DNA of 36,230 bases. Origin: a virus. Lineage: Duplodnaviria > Caudoviricetes. The stretch spans positions 1 through 36,230 of IMG/VR virus record IMGVR_UViG_3300048854_000263; one strand, given 5' to 3'. Shown here piece after piece: positions 35,536 to 36,230 of this stretch. The notes beneath the pieces are model-generated. The model was not told where the DNA came from. It made no database searches and saw nothing but the letters and a program-made list of their open reading frames with translations. Every line of letters starts with the position of its first letter. The stretch's first letter is position 1. The position numbers were made by a program, and so were the translations under genes.

Positions 35536-35916
35536 ATGGCAAAAATCAGAATCGCCCAGAATCCGACGTTCCAAGCAATGGTGCTGATCCCGATCGTTGG
35601 CAGCGCGCCTGAAAAGATCGAGTTCACGTTCAAGTATCGCGACCGGCTGGAACTGGCCGCGCTTTTCGATGAGTGGAACGAGAATCGAAAGGAAGCCTTG
35701 GCCGCGCTCGGGGATCAACCATCGCTTTCTGAAGTGGTTGCTGCTGATGCAGCCCAGCAGGTTCAGCAAATCAAGGATCTGGTGGCTGGCTGGGCCTTCG
35801 ACGACAAGTTCGATGAGAAGAGCATCACCGCGCTGGTGAAGTCGTGCCAAGGCGCAACCGAGGCGGTAGTCGAAGCCTACCAAGGCGCCTACAACCAGGC
35901 CCGCCTGGGAAACTGA
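35536..35916 (+). CDS. tail assembly chaperone (gpG-like)
   Basis: Follows the tail tube gene; ends at slippery G GGA AAC. Confidence 0.85.
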   Translation: MAKIRIAQNPTFQAMVLIPIVGSAPEKIEFTFKYRDRLELAALFDEWNENRKEALAALGDQPSLSEVVAADAAQQVQQIKDLVAGWAFDDKFDEKSITALVKSCQGATEAVVEAYQGAYNQARLGN

Positions 35917-36230
35917 CGGACGCCGCGCGCGCACTTTATGCGCCAGCGGCGCCGGTCGAGTTGATGAGTATGTTCGGCCTTGCGCCTGGTGATCTGGAAG
36001 AGGAAACGGAAGTCTGGCCCTGTAACTGGCCAGCCTTTCTGTTGTTCAACCGAATGTCCACGCAGTGGAGGGTCGGCACCGGTGGCGCCATCGGCCTAGA
36101 TTACAACTGCATCCGCGACGTCGCCGGCTTCCTCGGCATCAAGAAAAAGAAACTCGCTGAAATCTTTCCTGACCTGCAGGTGCTGGAAGGCGAAGCCCTG
36201 CGCGTGATGGCGGAGGAAAGGGAAAACAGC
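35907..36230 (+). CDS. tail assembly chaperone extension (gpT-like, DUF1799-like) reached by -1 frameshift; truncated by the window
   Basis: -1 frame is open: LTDAARALY...VWPCNWPAF...MSTQWRVG.GG.IGLDY. Confidence 0.8.

Larger units (their letters stand above)
1478..36230. mobile_element. lambdoid siphovirus-type prophage integrated at tRNA-Ser (continues beyond the window)
   Basis: att, int/xis, cI/cro/cII, replication, nin, holin, terminase, portal, capsid and tail tube in canonical order. Confidence 0.97.

Noticed and set aside
25825-35934. Long antisense ORFs (25825-27033, 31052-32164, 34822-35934 and similar)
   Set aside because: Shadow frames of GC-rich structural genes, with no motifs or SD
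1478-36230. Retron, diversity-generating retroelement or restriction-modification system
   Set aside because: No reverse transcriptase or methyltransferase motifs; differences between the 301/12123 repeat copies are not adenine-specific

Overview
Nearly the whole window (1478 to the end) is the left and central part of a lambdoid, long non-contractile-tailed (siphovirus-type) prophage. Gene families and GC content point to a Pseudomonas host. It is integrated at the 3' end of a tRNA-Ser(TGA) gene, and the displaced 3' tRNA fragment is at 1478-1537. Gene order: att, int, xis, early-left operon (HNH, DUF2786, Gp157, Sak/Rad52-like annealase, with antisense morons), PL/OL, an accessory block, cI, OR, cro, cII, replication genes with iterons, nin region, Q-like gene, morons, holin, metallopeptidase/HNH, terminase, portal, head, neck and tail tube/chaperones. 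The window ends inside the tail module. Left of att lie relics of an older prophage or island, including a cystatin-like gene. The main candidate for an undescribed system is an AT-rich three-gene operon in the lambda rexAB position directly behind cI (14190-15696), probably a membrane-acting anti-phage system. Other notable items: an unannotated 44-aa microprotein module present both inside and outside the prophage under apparent purifying selection; a homing endonuclease that appears to have supplied a recoded 3' end to its target gene; and two long structured non-coding RNA candidates. Family names are recognised from motifs, synteny and memory; no database search was run.
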